A stretch of DNA of 64,000 nt, taken from the IMG/VR virus record IMGVR_UViG_3300030673_000004, positions 248,001 to 312,000 of that record; one strand, given 5' to 3'. Positions 30,204 through 40,176 of the stretch are shown here, piece by piece. Under the pieces are notes generated by a model. It did not search any database, was not told where the DNA came from, and saw nothing but the letters and a program-made list of their open reading frames with translations. The number at the start of each line of letters is the position of its first letter. Within the stretch, counting starts at the first letter, position 1. Position numbers and translations under genes: made by a program.

Positions 30204-30528
30204 GTTACCATCACAGCAGGATATGTTGTCAATAGTAATAGATCTCCCACAGCATAATGTGCTACCTACAGGTTATAGATTATATTTAGATACCAGCAGT
30301 ACGCGGGCAGTATTAAATCACATACGAGAAGGTATGGATACGCCTGGTTATACAGGTACAGCAAATCAAACAACAACGTCAGCAGCAGAAGAGGCAGGCT
30401 ATATGTTGCTTCACTCCTTGGAACGGACAGAATGTCACCTCCCAGCTTCGGTAGCTTCAGTACCAGTACAAGAACCATCGCGCATTCGTAGGTGCGTGAA
30501 TGCTTTTATGCGCTTCTTCATTGAGTAA
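30196..30528 (+). CDS. motif array B, member 6
   Basis: DMLSIVIDLP. Confidence 0.65.
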   Translation: MSKLPSQQDMLSIVIDLPQHNVLPTGYRLYLDTSSTRAVLNHIREGMDTPGYTGTANQTTTSAAEEAGYMLLHSLERTECHLPASVASVPVQEPSRIRRCVNAFMRFFIE

Positions 30529-30531
30529 ACC

Positions 30532-30560
30532 TTGACAGAAATGCACGCAATAACTAGATT
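30532..30560 (+). promoter_or_regulatory. sigma70-type promoter
   Basis: TTGACA-17-TAGATT. Confidence 0.65.
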
Positions 30561-30586
30561 AGGCATAGAAGGAAAGCTCAACCTAC

Positions 30587-30973
30587 ATGTCTATTGTACT
30601 GTACACAAGTTACTTTGGCTTAATGAAGCAGCATCCGTTAGCTGTTAGTATAGCAGGTGACGCACCCGAAGGTTGGCAAGGGCGTACATATAAAAAACTG
30701 GTACCAAAACGATGGATCTACGACCAGTATAAAAAAGATGGCAATTCACTCATGTATGCCTTACGCTATGCTACTCATGTTCTAGCCAAGTTAGATCGCA
30801 AGCAAGTCGCTCTTGAACTTGGCTACGGATCAATCTTACTTTGTTATGAAGAACCTTGGCAATTTTGTCATAGACAGCTAGTAGCGGAATGGCTATCAGA
30901 AAATAGAGACATTTTTGTACAAGAACTTAAATGTCCCCTGCTGCGAAAACCAATAGACTTTAGAACAGAATGA
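30587..30973 (+). CDS. DUF488-like protein
   Basis: YTSYF at the start and LLCYE....FCHR.LVAEWL. Confidence 0.75.
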   Translation: MSIVLYTSYFGLMKQHPLAVSIAGDAPEGWQGRTYKKLVPKRWIYDQYKKDGNSLMYALRYATHVLAKLDRKQVALELGYGSILLCYEEPWQFCHRQLVAEWLSENRDIFVQELKCPLLRKPIDFRTE

Positions 30974-31090
30974 CACCGGAAGCTATAGAAACGGTAATTT
31001 CAGAATTGCAGCGAATGCAACAAGAACTTAGAGAGATGATTCAACAGAACACGCTAAGAACTACTACATATTTAGTAGAAAGTAAAGCTG

Positions 31091-31561
31091 ATGACACAAC
31101 CAAAATATCCAAGAACTCGTAGGCGTAATCTTCCACATGCTCTATCCAGAGATCTGGCACGAGCACATGTAGATGGCCGTGACGATCAAATTCCGCAAAT
31201 CATAGCTGAATATAATAGTTATAGCCAAAATCACCCACAGTCGGGCCGAGCAGACGGCTATCAAGGTATGCAGGGACCCATAGGACCTGTTGGAGTTCAT
31301 GGATCTGCAGGCAGAGACACAATTGAACTACCTCCTGCATCCTATGGTCGCCCGCTGAATGTGGTGCCTATGACTGCTCAAGAGAACAATGAGCGTATTG
31401 CACGTGCTTATGGCGGTATTGGTGTTCAATGCTTCTCTCCAACACTTGAGACAATACCTCAGGAGCAACAGGGCATAGTTAGGCAGCAGACTCAAAATGG
31501 TGGGCGTGGTGTAGTGACATTTACAGTAGACAACTATAAACCAGAGGATACCACCAAATGA
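31091..31561 (+). CDS. hypothetical protein with short G-X-Y run
   Basis: GYQGMQGPIGPVGVHGSAG. Confidence 0.6.
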   Translation: MTQPKYPRTRRRNLPHALSRDLARAHVDGRDDQIPQIIAEYNSYSQNHPQSGRADGYQGMQGPIGPVGVHGSAGRDTIELPPASYGRPLNVVPMTAQENNERIARAYGGIGVQCFSPTLETIPQEQQGIVRQQTQNGGRGVVTFTVDNYKPEDTTK

Positions 31562-32280
31562 TCCATGACACGCTCACAGATCTAGTTTGTACGGAACAAG
31601 CTACACAGTTATTCTTTTCCCAGCACCCGGATCACTATACAGTGTATCGTCAACTCTTAGATTTCTCCAGTAAAGTGTCGGAGTGGTGGAAATCCATCCT
31701 TGTAACAACGCCACAAGAAGATCAAGCTGCGCTACATCATCTGTGCTGTGACCTAGAGCAGATCAGTGTACACCCCTGCCAAGATACCGATACAGAATTT
31801 GTTTTTCATCTGAATACTGGGCGTAATGGTGAATCTGACTGGGAAGAGATTGATCCAAATACTGAAGAAGGCTATAAGAGCTTACGACTTCTGCTATTCT
31901 TCGTCCGACATAATGATGCCTTTCCTGGAATCTACTACTGGTGCTACAGCGAAGGCCGACAGACATCTCTGCCCGAGCCCTATAATACAACAGAAGATAT
32001 TCAAACTATTCAGCTTCAACGAGAACAGCATCTTGGCGGTATTTTAGACAATGGTCTTAGATCCCTAGGAATAACAGCAGCAATTACAGCGCAGGCCAAA
32101 CAATATAAGCAACTTCATAGGCCATGTGCCATAATCACAAAAATTCCGACTGACAGCCCTCACTACTTCGATACCTATGCCTTCGTAGGTGATACCTGGG
32201 TACCCTGTGCGGTTACGCAGGGCTACGATCTTATCTCTAAAGCACCAATCACTACACTACGAGTACAAAAGAATGTCTAA
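31558..32280 (+). CDS. hypothetical protein
   Basis: 240 aa, ATGA coupling. Confidence 0.7.
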   Translation: MIHDTLTDLVCTEQATQLFFSQHPDHYTVYRQLLDFSSKVSEWWKSILVTTPQEDQAALHHLCCDLEQISVHPCQDTDTEFVFHLNTGRNGESDWEEIDPNTEEGYKSLRLLLFFVRHNDAFPGIYYWCYSEGRQTSLPEPYNTTEDIQTIQLQREQHLGGILDNGLRSLGITAAITAQAKQYKQLHRPCAIITKIPTDSPHYFDTYAFVGDTWVPCAVTQGYDLISKAPITTLRVQKNV

Positions 32281-32575
32281 GTATATTTCAACAAAAACCG
32301 GCGAGACCGTAGATGCGGTACGCTTTGATTATACTGAGTCTGCTATTGAGCGTCTAAAGGAATTCTGCTCAGGACAACTCAGCGAGTTCCATAAGCATTC
32401 CAGCGGTGAATTACCAGGAGTAGCGCGTTTAACTAATAGCGAAACGGGCACCCAAAATAATGTGTATGAGGGTGAGTTTCTTGTTAAGAACAAGGCAGGA
32501 CGTATCTGCAGAATGCCTGCTTTTGGTTTCTACCAAGAATTCCAAGATGTACGTACAACTAAGGACATAGCATGA
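32273..32575 (+). CDS. conserved phage hypothetical protein
   Basis: MSKY...VDAVRF...EGEFLVK pattern common in phage small proteins. Confidence 0.65.
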   Translation: MSKYISTKTGETVDAVRFDYTESAIERLKEFCSGQLSEFHKHSSGELPGVARLTNSETGTQNNVYEGEFLVKNKAGRICRMPAFGFYQEFQDVRTTKDIA

Positions 32576-33234
32576 CAGAGAAACTTTCAGCCAACAAACT
32601 AAATGAAGCCTATCGGCTAGAGCCCGAAACTGTACTGAATCTACTGTTTCATCGTATTCCTATGCCTGAAAGTCTGAATGAGTTACTCCCCGTAAGACCG
32701 GATGGCACTATTAGTGCCTTGGGCTTATTCAATAACTGTGTTCTGACATCCAATCACGTTGTGGCTACCTTATCTGATCCCGATGTAAATAGCGCACCAA
32801 CTACTGAGACATGTACTGGATTTGAGCTTACCTCGTTTTCCCCAGATGAAGCTCTGCAGCAGCGCATTCCAGAACATGTCCCTGTATATCTCATGTCTAA
32901 GGACTTGTTTGATGCTCTTTGGGATCTATTACCGTTAGCCTCAGAAGAAGTGCAGCAACAAATCTCAGACATGGCCAACGTATACAACGAGCAGAAACTA
33001 AAGGATCCTCACGATTTCGTAAAACGTGTACGCCCTACACACGCACCACGTATTGTATCACCTGAAGAGGAGTATGCTCAACTGCTTAAATCTCTCAGGC
33101 AAATTCAAGAGGCTGTTATATCCAAAGATATTAAGCAAGAGCTCCTTGCAGATAAAATTGTTGATACAGTGAGCACACGAGATACTGAACAAGAGGCCCT
33201 TGCTGATGATTTAATCAGTAATGACTATGACTGA
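32572..33234 (+). CDS. hypothetical protein
   Basis: AAGGA RBS, 220 aa. Confidence 0.7.
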   Translation: MTEKLSANKLNEAYRLEPETVLNLLFHRIPMPESLNELLPVRPDGTISALGLFNNCVLTSNHVVATLSDPDVNSAPTTETCTGFELTSFSPDEALQQRIPEHVPVYLMSKDLFDALWDLLPLASEEVQQQISDMANVYNEQKLKDPHDFVKRVRPTHAPRIVSPEEEYAQLLKSLRQIQEAVISKDIKQELLADKIVDTVSTRDTEQEALADDLISNDYD

Positions 33235-34447
33235 CGTGTACAGAAAGAACGTACTTATGTCTATTCTTACAAATAGCGCCGCTAAAGTAGCTAAATCTTA
33301 TAGTGGTGGTGTTATTAAACAGTTGATACAATTAGCAGTAACTGAAACAGCAAAAATTGTTGCAACAGCTATTAAGCAAACGATTACGAGCACAATTATA
33401 GTTGACTTCTTGGATGAGCCTTTAGCGTACAACATATTGACTAAATGGGTAATAAAGAATTTTCGCCAAGCTCAGAATAACTTAATGGCAACAGTTATTC
33501 CTTCATAATCGGAACAGCAGAACGTTGATTTTGCGGATTGGGATAAACTAACATTAGCACCTGGGGATTATTGGTTTATTTATAAACATAAAATAAACAA
33601 TAACATACGTAAATTCACAGTGCGTGCGGAACTACTAGATACGACAAAAAAAGAGGGTTTCTCTCAAAGATATAAGCTACTCATTACTATATTTGGTGAT
33701 GGAAAGCATCAATTAAGTCACGTAATTCAAAGTACGATACGGAACGCACACGATGGCAGACAAGTAGTGATTACCCACGAGCCATACAGACATAATTCAA
33801 AGCGATATACAGCGCTCAGAGATTTTAATAGTATTGTATTAAATCCCGAAACTGAAAACAAATTATTACACCATATCTCATGGTTTAAGCGAAGTAAGTC
33901 CTATTTTAGGAAGCATGGTTTAACCTATAAAACAGCTATATTACTTAAAGGACCACCAGGAACAGGAAAAACAAGTATAAGTCGTGCTGTTGCTAATTAT
34001 CTCAATTACAATATGTTCATTCTAAACATGACTGCGCTAATGGAAAAAGGAACCCGTGAAGCCCAAGTCCCACAAATACCTGAAAATTCACTTATCCTAA
34101 TTGAGGATATTGATAAAAGCCTAGATACTTCGGAGGGCAAAGCTATTCAAACACTAATGCAAATGCTTGATGGTATGCTTAGTTGCGATAACACGGCATT
34201 TGTTATTACAACAAATTTTCCCGATAAGCTGCCTGCTGAGCTTATCCGCCCAGGTCGAATAAATTTACAGCTTGATGTAGGTCTATTTTCAATAACTGAG
34301 GCAAAGAGACTTGCAGCCTTGTATGAAGTACCCTATAGTATTATTCAGAGCCTACCTGAGGCTATCTGGAGTCAACCGTCAGCCCTACATGAATTTGTAG
34401 TTAATTACTCCAGCAGAGAGCAGGAAAACAATGAAGTTAGAAGATAG
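33221..34447 (+). pseudogene. BCS1-like AAA+ ATPase interrupted by one in-frame TAA (33506-33508)
   Basis: Walker A GPPGTGKTS, Walker B LIEDID, TTN, RPGRI; the two ORFs share a frame with only one stop between them. Confidence 0.7.
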
Positions 34448-34811
34448 GCTTGTGAGCTATGTTGAGTTTACAACAGAGCAGCAGGAGCAGCTTCAAGAGT
34501 TTGAAGACACGTTACAGCAGGTGACACAGGCACGTGCTAATTTTCTACAAACAATAGCATGTAACAGCCACAAGCAGCATATTGGTAAACCTGTATACTC
34601 TATACGAAACTCTAGCTATGTTGGTCTACTTGAGTTTATTGAAGTTAATAGAGTAGAAAAAGAAGGAATGAGTTTACTATTCAGAACAGATAACGGTTTT
34701 TGTACGGACCCTGGCCTAAAAGAAGAAGTAATTGAAGCAAAAGAAAGAGAACTCGAAGAACTGAAAAATGAAATATGTTTTAAGACAATTATAGCTCAGC
34801 TACGAACATAA
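34431..34811 (+). CDS. hypothetical protein
   Basis: AGGA RBS. Confidence 0.65.
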   Translation: MKLEDRLVSYVEFTTEQQEQLQEFEDTLQQVTQARANFLQTIACNSHKQHIGKPVYSIRNSSYVGLLEFIEVNRVEKEGMSLLFRTDNGFCTDPGLKEEVIEAKERELEELKNEICFKTIIAQLRT

Positions 34812-34812
34812 T

Positions 34813-35844
34813 ATGCGCAGACCTAACCAAAATGCTCTTCGTCACAAATACGAACAAGCAACTCTTGGATATAGGCATGCGTTTTATCTCCTGTCGGAAA
34901 CAGAAGGCCGCTTGGTTGAACGCATTATAGACGCTCTTACATCTGAGGAGTTTACTCCAGATCCAAAAGATCTCTTAGATCTTATTGAATATCGGAGAAA
35001 AAACTATGCAGCCGAAGGAAACTGTGACTGCTGCGGGAAAGACATAGAATCCGTTGGTGAAGATGCCTACTTAACATCACAGATGTTTCACGGCTATGAA
35101 AATCCAGAGCAGCCAGAACCCCGCGTATGCTCAGCTCGATGCGAACATAACATCTTTCAGCACATAAGCACAATTAGAACTATAGCCGAGATCTTTCGTA
35201 TCGCGATACCAGAACAAAGCACGAAAGCTATCTGGTTTGAGGTAGAAGCTATAGTTAATCCTGATGTACTGAACCCTATATTGAGCATTCAACTATTGGC
35301 TGTCTGTCCAGAACTAAGAACAGTGCCTGTTCTAGATTTGCACAAACAAGCAGACTGGTTGCTATCAGGCTATGCCGATGAGTTACGAACAGAACGAATA
35401 AAAATCCCACGAGTCGTCATTACATTTCGTACAACGAAAAAACTACTGTATAAAATATGGCAGATTGAACTGCGCGGTATTGCTGAGGCACAAACAAGCG
35501 CAGAGTTTACACTAACAGACTGCCCTGCCTGTAATGGTACCGGTCATGTCATCTGCACAAATCCTGATCATGGCTCCGATGGTGATCAGTCACCACAGGG
35601 GTGTCCCGCTTACGGGCATGACGAGCTATGCCGCACACCAGATCCGTGTGAATTCTGCACAGGTCAAGGCACCCTGGTGGTGCAGGAACACAGGCAACCC
35701 GCGTCTGTAACACTAACAGGTGGGTATCTTACAATTACAGATGATCTAGGTACAACGGCACATCGCGATAGTACACGACTCGTAAACTATGTAAATTTCC
35801 TTGAACTTGTGGCTGAAGTGGGACACATCCTTCCGGCAGTGTAA
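34813..35844 (+). CDS. Cys-rich protein with DnaJ-type CxxCxGxG zinc-finger repeats
   Basis: CPACNGTG and CEFCTGQG; also CDCCG. Confidence 0.65.
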   Translation: MRRPNQNALRHKYEQATLGYRHAFYLLSETEGRLVERIIDALTSEEFTPDPKDLLDLIEYRRKNYAAEGNCDCCGKDIESVGEDAYLTSQMFHGYENPEQPEPRVCSARCEHNIFQHISTIRTIAEIFRIAIPEQSTKAIWFEVEAIVNPDVLNPILSIQLLAVCPELRTVPVLDLHKQADWLLSGYADELRTERIKIPRVVITFRTTKKLLYKIWQIELRGIAEAQTSAEFTLTDCPACNGTGHVICTNPDHGSDGDQSPQGCPAYGHDELCRTPDPCEFCTGQGTLVVQEHRQPASVTLTGGYLTITDDLGTTAHRDSTRLVNYVNFLELVAEVGHILPAV

Positions 35845-35854
35845 ATATAGAAGC

Positions 35855-36151
35855 ATGCTAACAAAAACTATTGGAAATGTTTGGATACTTGTTTTAGTCA
35901 TCTGGCTTATATCTTGGATTTTGCACAAGATGTACTTTCAGTACTGGAACTTCATTAAGATTGAGCAAAAGAACGATAGCAAGTACCGTGTATATGAATA
36001 CAAGTATGTGTACTGGAAGCGCGTGACACCGCAAGAATTTGACTCGTCTCGTAGCGCTATTAGCTATGTGCAGACTCTTCTAAAAGCGCGTAAGAGTACG
36101 TGGGCCAAAATAATTCTTCAAGAAATTACCACAACTAAATCAGTAGACTGA
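35855..36151 (+). CDS. membrane-anchored hypothetical protein
   Basis: N-terminal TM; start 35855. Confidence 0.6.
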   Translation: MLTKTIGNVWILVLVIWLISWILHKMYFQYWNFIKIEQKNDSKYRVYEYKYVYWKRVTPQEFDSSRSAISYVQTLLKARKSTWAKIILQEITTTKSVD

Positions 36152-36194
36152 ACACTGCTGTATTTAGAAGTACAAAGAGCACACGGAGTTACCA

Positions 36195-37064
36195 ATGACC
36201 ACATTTAAGATCTGTGACATACAGCGATCTACTGTAGACGATGTGATAAAATATACATTACAGGATGAGCGCTTCGGGAAAAACGAGGTATCCAGTATAC
36301 ATAAAGTAGATAAAGATATTTTATGTCTGCCTACTCAAACAAACTGTAAAATGGGCTGTAAATTCTGTCACCTGACCGGCACGACACGGCCATCTCGTAA
36401 TCTAGCATCTACGTGGTTGAGTTCCGCTGTAAATTTCTGGGTCGAAAAGGAACACTTAGAAGACCATTCCCGAGATCTTTTGATTAGCTTCATGGGTGTT
36501 GGTGAGCCCCTCATAAATATAGCTGGTGTTATTGGCTCCATTGAAGCACTACAGACAAAGTATGAAGGACGAATACGATTTGGCATCTCTACTATGCTCC
36601 CCAATCCCTGCGCACTAGAGCATCTAACGGAATGGCTTGCATATAAAAAAGAGTTTCGTGTCAAGCTACATTTATCTGTACACGGTATCTTTAATCGTGG
36701 TGCCATCATTAATAGTCCTCTGACTGCTGCTGAATCTATACATCTGGTGCAAGATTTTCAGGCAAGAACAGGACGACCTATTGAATTTCATTATACATTG
36801 GTTGATGGTATAAACGACAGCATAAATGAACTCACAGCCTTTAGTTCGTTAGTACGAACGTCAAGTAAAGATGTTACCATTAAATTTTTAACACTATCGG
36901 AGACGAATGGGTGTAAAGCTACGCAGCTATCGCACGAGGAAATAAGAGCACTTTTCTGTGAGAATATCGTAGAGTTCTATGACCCACCAGGTAGAGATGT
37001 TGGTGCATCCTGTGGAATGTTCAACCGAGATCTCTATAACACAACAAGCAAGGATGAGTTTTGA
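36195..37064 (+). CDS. RlmN/Cfr-like radical SAM RNA methyltransferase
   Basis: CLPTQTNCKMGCKFC, FMGVGEPL, C-terminal GRDVGASCG. Confidence 0.8.
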   Translation: MTTFKICDIQRSTVDDVIKYTLQDERFGKNEVSSIHKVDKDILCLPTQTNCKMGCKFCHLTGTTRPSRNLASTWLSSAVNFWVEKEHLEDHSRDLLISFMGVGEPLINIAGVIGSIEALQTKYEGRIRFGISTMLPNPCALEHLTEWLAYKKEFRVKLHLSVHGIFNRGAIINSPLTAAESIHLVQDFQARTGRPIEFHYTLVDGINDSINELTAFSSLVRTSSKDVTIKFLTLSETNGCKATQLSHEEIRALFCENIVEFYDPPGRDVGASCGMFNRDLYNTTSKDEF

Positions 37065-37393
37065 TTCTATACATTAGAGACGCACACGGGAACGATCTAG
37101 TAGACGCTGAATTTTTTGTTAAACACGAGGATAACAGAAAGTTCTTAGAACTGCGCGTTGTCATTTGCACTAGACCGTACAGTGAATTTCTTCTAGCCAA
37201 CACCCAGAAGTCCGATGCTGTCATTGATGCATTCGCACAGATTGAAGAGTTGCGTGGTTGGCTATGGGAAGTATATTTTGCCCGCAAGCAGAATACTGGA
37301 AGTGACGAAGATTATGATGCCGTGCTAAAAGAACTCCGAGCTATCTTCGCTAAAACAGCTAAGAAGTTTAAGCTTTCCTTCGTTGAAGACTGA
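37061..37393 (+). CDS. hypothetical protein
   Basis: overlaps upstream stop; AAGGA RBS. Confidence 0.65.
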   Translation: MILYIRDAHGNDLVDAEFFVKHEDNRKFLELRVVICTRPYSEFLLANTQKSDAVIDAFAQIEELRGWLWEVYFARKQNTGSDEDYDAVLKELRAIFAKTAKKFKLSFVED

Positions 37394-37396
37394 TAC

Positions 37397-37564
37397 ATGA
37401 ATCAGACAGAACGCCCCCGAGTGAAAGGCGCAACTGAGTTACCTGATACGGTAGACTCACAAGCACTACAGAACTTTAGAGAAACATTGTTAAGCAAACA
37501 AAAGCTACTAGACATAGAGTTTCAACATATACTCAGCGATAATCTTGGGGATCTTTACGCATGA
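37397..37564 (+). CDS. small hypothetical protein (55 aa, not in ORF track)
   Basis: MNQTERP...GDLYA fills the gap and is ATGA-coupled to the next gene. Confidence 0.55.
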   Translation: MNQTERPRVKGATELPDTVDSQALQNFRETLLSKQKLLDIEFQHILSDNLGDLYA

Positions 37565-37812
37565 CAATATCAAGCTTCTGTACTGACTTAGTTACATTCT
37601 GCTTGATTCTGAATTTTGCGCATTTGTGCCTGTGCGATAGACCGCTAAAGTTTAGCCAAGTTGTAATAGTTAGCTTTACTTGGATTTTTGTTGGTCTGCT
37701 TTACAGGCATATGTTTGACAGCTACATAACATGGACATTTGCTATGGCTGCACTGTACTTACTTGTATGGCTAAAGGAACAACGCACAAACATCCTACAT
37801 AGAAAGAACTGA
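37561..37812 (+). CDS. membrane protein
   Basis: three hydrophobic segments. Confidence 0.6.
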   Translation: MTISSFCTDLVTFCLILNFAHLCLCDRPLKFSQVVIVSFTWIFVGLLYRHMFDSYITWTFAMAALYLLVWLKEQRTNILHRKN

Positions 37813-37815
37813 GAT

Positions 37816-38028
37816 ATGTCACATACACTGCAAGAAATCAAAGATGTCATGGATACTTACTGTCTAGAAAACAATGTAGAGATGTCCTCTAATTCCGTTG
37901 ATGCTATGGTAAACGTAGTTTCTGCGTGGGAGACGTTACTAAGTAGACTACAGTATGAAGATGACTGCATGAACAATACTAAGTTTATGGCTGTAGCGTC
38001 TTACTGCTTGGACAGACTAAAAATCTAA
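37816..38028 (+). CDS. hypothetical protein
   Basis: ORF tiling. Confidence 0.6.
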   Translation: MSHTLQEIKDVMDTYCLENNVEMSSNSVDAMVNVVSAWETLLSRLQYEDDCMNNTKFMAVASYCLDRLKI

Positions 38029-38098
38029 ATAGAAAAGCATCCTGTAGATAACAAGACGCTTTATCAAAAACGAGTAGAAGAAAACTTAGGTACTGTAA

Positions 38099-38467
38099 TT
38101 AGTAATCCTCAACGGGTACAAAGCCACCACAAACGGTTGCCATCTCGTAACCCAATTCATCCCAGGGCAACAAACCCAAGCGACGAGTAGCTTCGGGACT
38201 ATTAAAATCCCGCAAGTACTGAGCACGGGCCGTCATCTTGATATGCAGAGCCTTCAGCGAGATACCGCTGTCCAAAAGCTTCTCCACAGCTTCCGTGTCA
38301 AACTTAGCACCGAGAGCACCAGCAGCACAAATCGCAAGAGCAGAAGGACTCTGTTCTGCAAAATCCTGTGGATCCTTGAAGCTGTTCTCGTGGTGCAAAG
38401 CTGGGCAGATAGCATTCTCGCCATACTTACAGCTTCCCAGATACTCGCCCTGATTACAATGACTCAT
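38099..38467 (-). CDS. hypothetical protein
   Basis: start MSHCNQGEYLGSCKYGE at 38467. Confidence 0.65.
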   Translation of the reverse strand: MSHCNQGEYLGSCKYGENAICPALHHENSFKDPQDFAEQSPSALAICAAGALGAKFDTEAVEKLLDSGISLKALHIKMTARAQYLRDFNSPEATRRLGLLPWDELGYEMATVCGGFVPVEDY

Positions 38468-38663
38468 ATGCAAGACGCTGGATTGCCTTCCAACCAAAAC
38501 GCATCTTACGCACAGCAGCCACAGACTGTCCAACAGAGGGATGTGTTGACGGAATACAGTGAGGGCGGCCCTGCAGATCACGAGCAATGTCACCAGCTTG
38601 AACTGTGGCTATGTCAGGCAAATTTACGAAATTTCTGATCTTAGGCTTAGATGCTGTAGGCAC
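38454..38663 (-). CDS. hypothetical protein
   Basis: tiles the - strand early operon. Confidence 0.55.
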   Translation of the reverse strand: MPTASKPKIRNFVNLPDIATVQAGDIARDLQGRPHCIPSTHPSVGQSVAAVRKMRFGWKAIQRLAYESL

Positions 38664-38684
38664 AATCAGTTTTACTGCTTGTGC

Positions 38685-38888
38685 CTACAATTCAGTGGCT
38701 GCCTCAGCCGCCTGTGTCTTGGCTTTCTCCTGATCCCTCTTCGCGTGCCACTGCAAAGTCTGCATCGTAACCATAGTGACTGCCGCGTGCATGCCCTTGC
38801 TGCCGTCCTCAAGCAGTCCCATATGGATTTGGCGCATGTGAAAATCCACCAACTCTTCAAACGTCATATCGGTGTAGTGCTTTTCCAT
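38685..38888 (-). CDS. early hypothetical protein
   Basis: ATG 38888 follows the RBS of cassette copy 3. Confidence 0.75.
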   Translation of the reverse strand: MEKHYTDMTFEELVDFHMRQIHMGLLEDGSKGMHAAVTMVTMQTLQWHAKRDQEKAKTQAAEAATEL

Positions 38889-38949
38889 TAGAGTAACTCC
38901 TTGTTGAGGTGACAAGAACAAAGATACATTAATTTTGTATGCTTGTCAA
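38889..38949 (-). promoter_or_regulatory. early promoter-leader cassette, copy 3
   Basis: reverse complement reads TTGACAAGCATACAAAATTAATGTATCTTTGTTCTTGTCACCTCAACAAGGAGTT. Confidence 0.9.
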
Positions 38950-38953
38950 GTAA

Positions 38954-39352
38954 TTACTGCTTAATCTCAAAGAAGCGATCTTTCCGAAGATACTTGAAGT
39001 TTACAACATCGCCAATTTTATGATTGTAAATCCAAGCGTCACCCATATCTTGAAGATCAGAAGTTCCCGCACCTTCAGCTAACTTAAAGTAATAATCTGT
39101 ACCTTGTACACGAAAAAGAACAACATTGGTAACCATAGGTTGATGCGGCTTAGTAGTCGCGGTTTCTTGATCTTCGCCATTGATTGCTACAATCTCTGCC
39201 GGGATATCGTGAACAAGGCTACAGGTGGAATCCAAACTAGGAAACTGATTACTAGCACAGTGGTTGTCTGTCTTATCCTTAGAGGAAGAACAGGCACCGA
39301 GCAAAATGCAAGCACAAAAGCACAAAAGCATCAAGAATTTCTTAACCAACAA
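38954..39352 (-). CDS. putative lipoprotein
   Basis: KK, hydrophobic stretch, LGAC lipobox; AGGAGG RBS. Confidence 0.7.
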   Translation of the reverse strand: MLVKKFLMLLCFCACILLGACSSSKDKTDNHCASNQFPSLDSTCSLVHDIPAEIVAINGEDQETATTKPHQPMVTNVVLFRVQGTDYYFKLAEGAGTSDLQDMGDAWIYNHKIGDVVNFKYLRKDRFFEIKQ

Positions 39353-39363
39353 AACACGCCTCC

Positions 39364-39624
39364 TTAAACTACAACGGTGAGCATATTTGCCGGAATGGCA
39401 ATATGCGTATAAGGGTAAGTTGGACTAAGATCTTGTTCCAAGCGAATGATGTACGTGGTACAACCAGGAGCCTCTGCCATAGCAATACCTTGGATCTCCC
39501 CAGACATATGCTTGCCTTGAACGTCAAACGAGACATGTGTTCCTTGATGAAAACGCACAAACTCATACTCCTGTGTACTACGAATAGCACACAACTCTCG
39601 ACTTAGTTGTGGTCGTTCGGGCAT
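39364..39624 (-). CDS. small beta-barrel-like hypothetical protein
   Basis: downstream of - strand promoter at 39655-39683. Confidence 0.65.
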   Translation of the reverse strand: MPERPQLSRELCAIRSTQEYEFVRFHQGTHVSFDVQGKHMSGEIQGIAMAEAPGCTTYIIRLEQDLSPTYPYTHIAIPANMLTVVV

Positions 39625-39654
39625 TCTGCATACCCCTAGTTAAATTGTTACGTA

Positions 39655-39683
39655 AATATACATTATGGTTGTATCTTTGTCAA
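39655..39683 (-). promoter_or_regulatory. sigma70-type promoter
   Basis: TTGACA-17-TATATT on - strand. Confidence 0.8.
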
Positions 39684-39744
39684 GATGCGTTCGTAGCTTA
39701 AACAAACACCTCTTAGTACACCGAGGACACCTTTAAGGACAACC

Positions 39745-40167
39745 AGGTTCACACCAACAGCAGCCACAGAAAAATTAACGCTTGATCAAATCAATAAAGG
39801 GATTGAAGATCTACCCAGTAAAGATCGAGGCGAAGTATTTGATGGACACCATACGTTTGATGCTCTCTATGAGTACCGTTGTGTGTACAATGCAGCGTTG
39901 TTCAATCTCCTAGCAAGAGAACCTAGGTTTAAGGTTCAAAAGAGCTACAAACATAGCGACGGAAAGCCCTGCTTTGATAAAGATGACATGTTCATTGTGC
40001 AGGCAACACTACCACAAGGTCAAGTCAGTAACCATTACCACAAAGATGACTGGGATCTGTTCTGCTGTGAAGAGAAAGAACAAGCAGACGAGTGGGACGG
40101 ACACACACCGGAAGTAGCTTTGGAGAGACTTAGAAAATTCTGTGAATCCTTTGCAAAAATTAAGTAA
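39745..40167 (+). CDS. conserved phage protein (WDGH motif), start codon apparently AGG
   Basis: DGHHTF..LY.YR...KS.KHSDG...WDGHT; the frame extends upstream of GTG 39883 with no canonical start. Confidence 0.6.
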   Translation, partial: RFTPTAATEKLTLDQINKGIEDLPSKDRGEVFDGHHTFDALYEYRCVYNAALFNLLAREPRFKVQKSYKHSDGKPCFDKDDMFIVQATLPQGQVSNHYHKDDWDLFCCEEKEQADEWDGHTPEVALERLRKFCESFAKIK

Positions 40168-40176
40168 ATTATAGGC

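Noticed and set aside
33506-33508. Genome-wide stop codon reassignment
   Set aside because: Code 11 gives dense tiling with TAA, TAG and TGA all used as real stops; this internal stop is isolated
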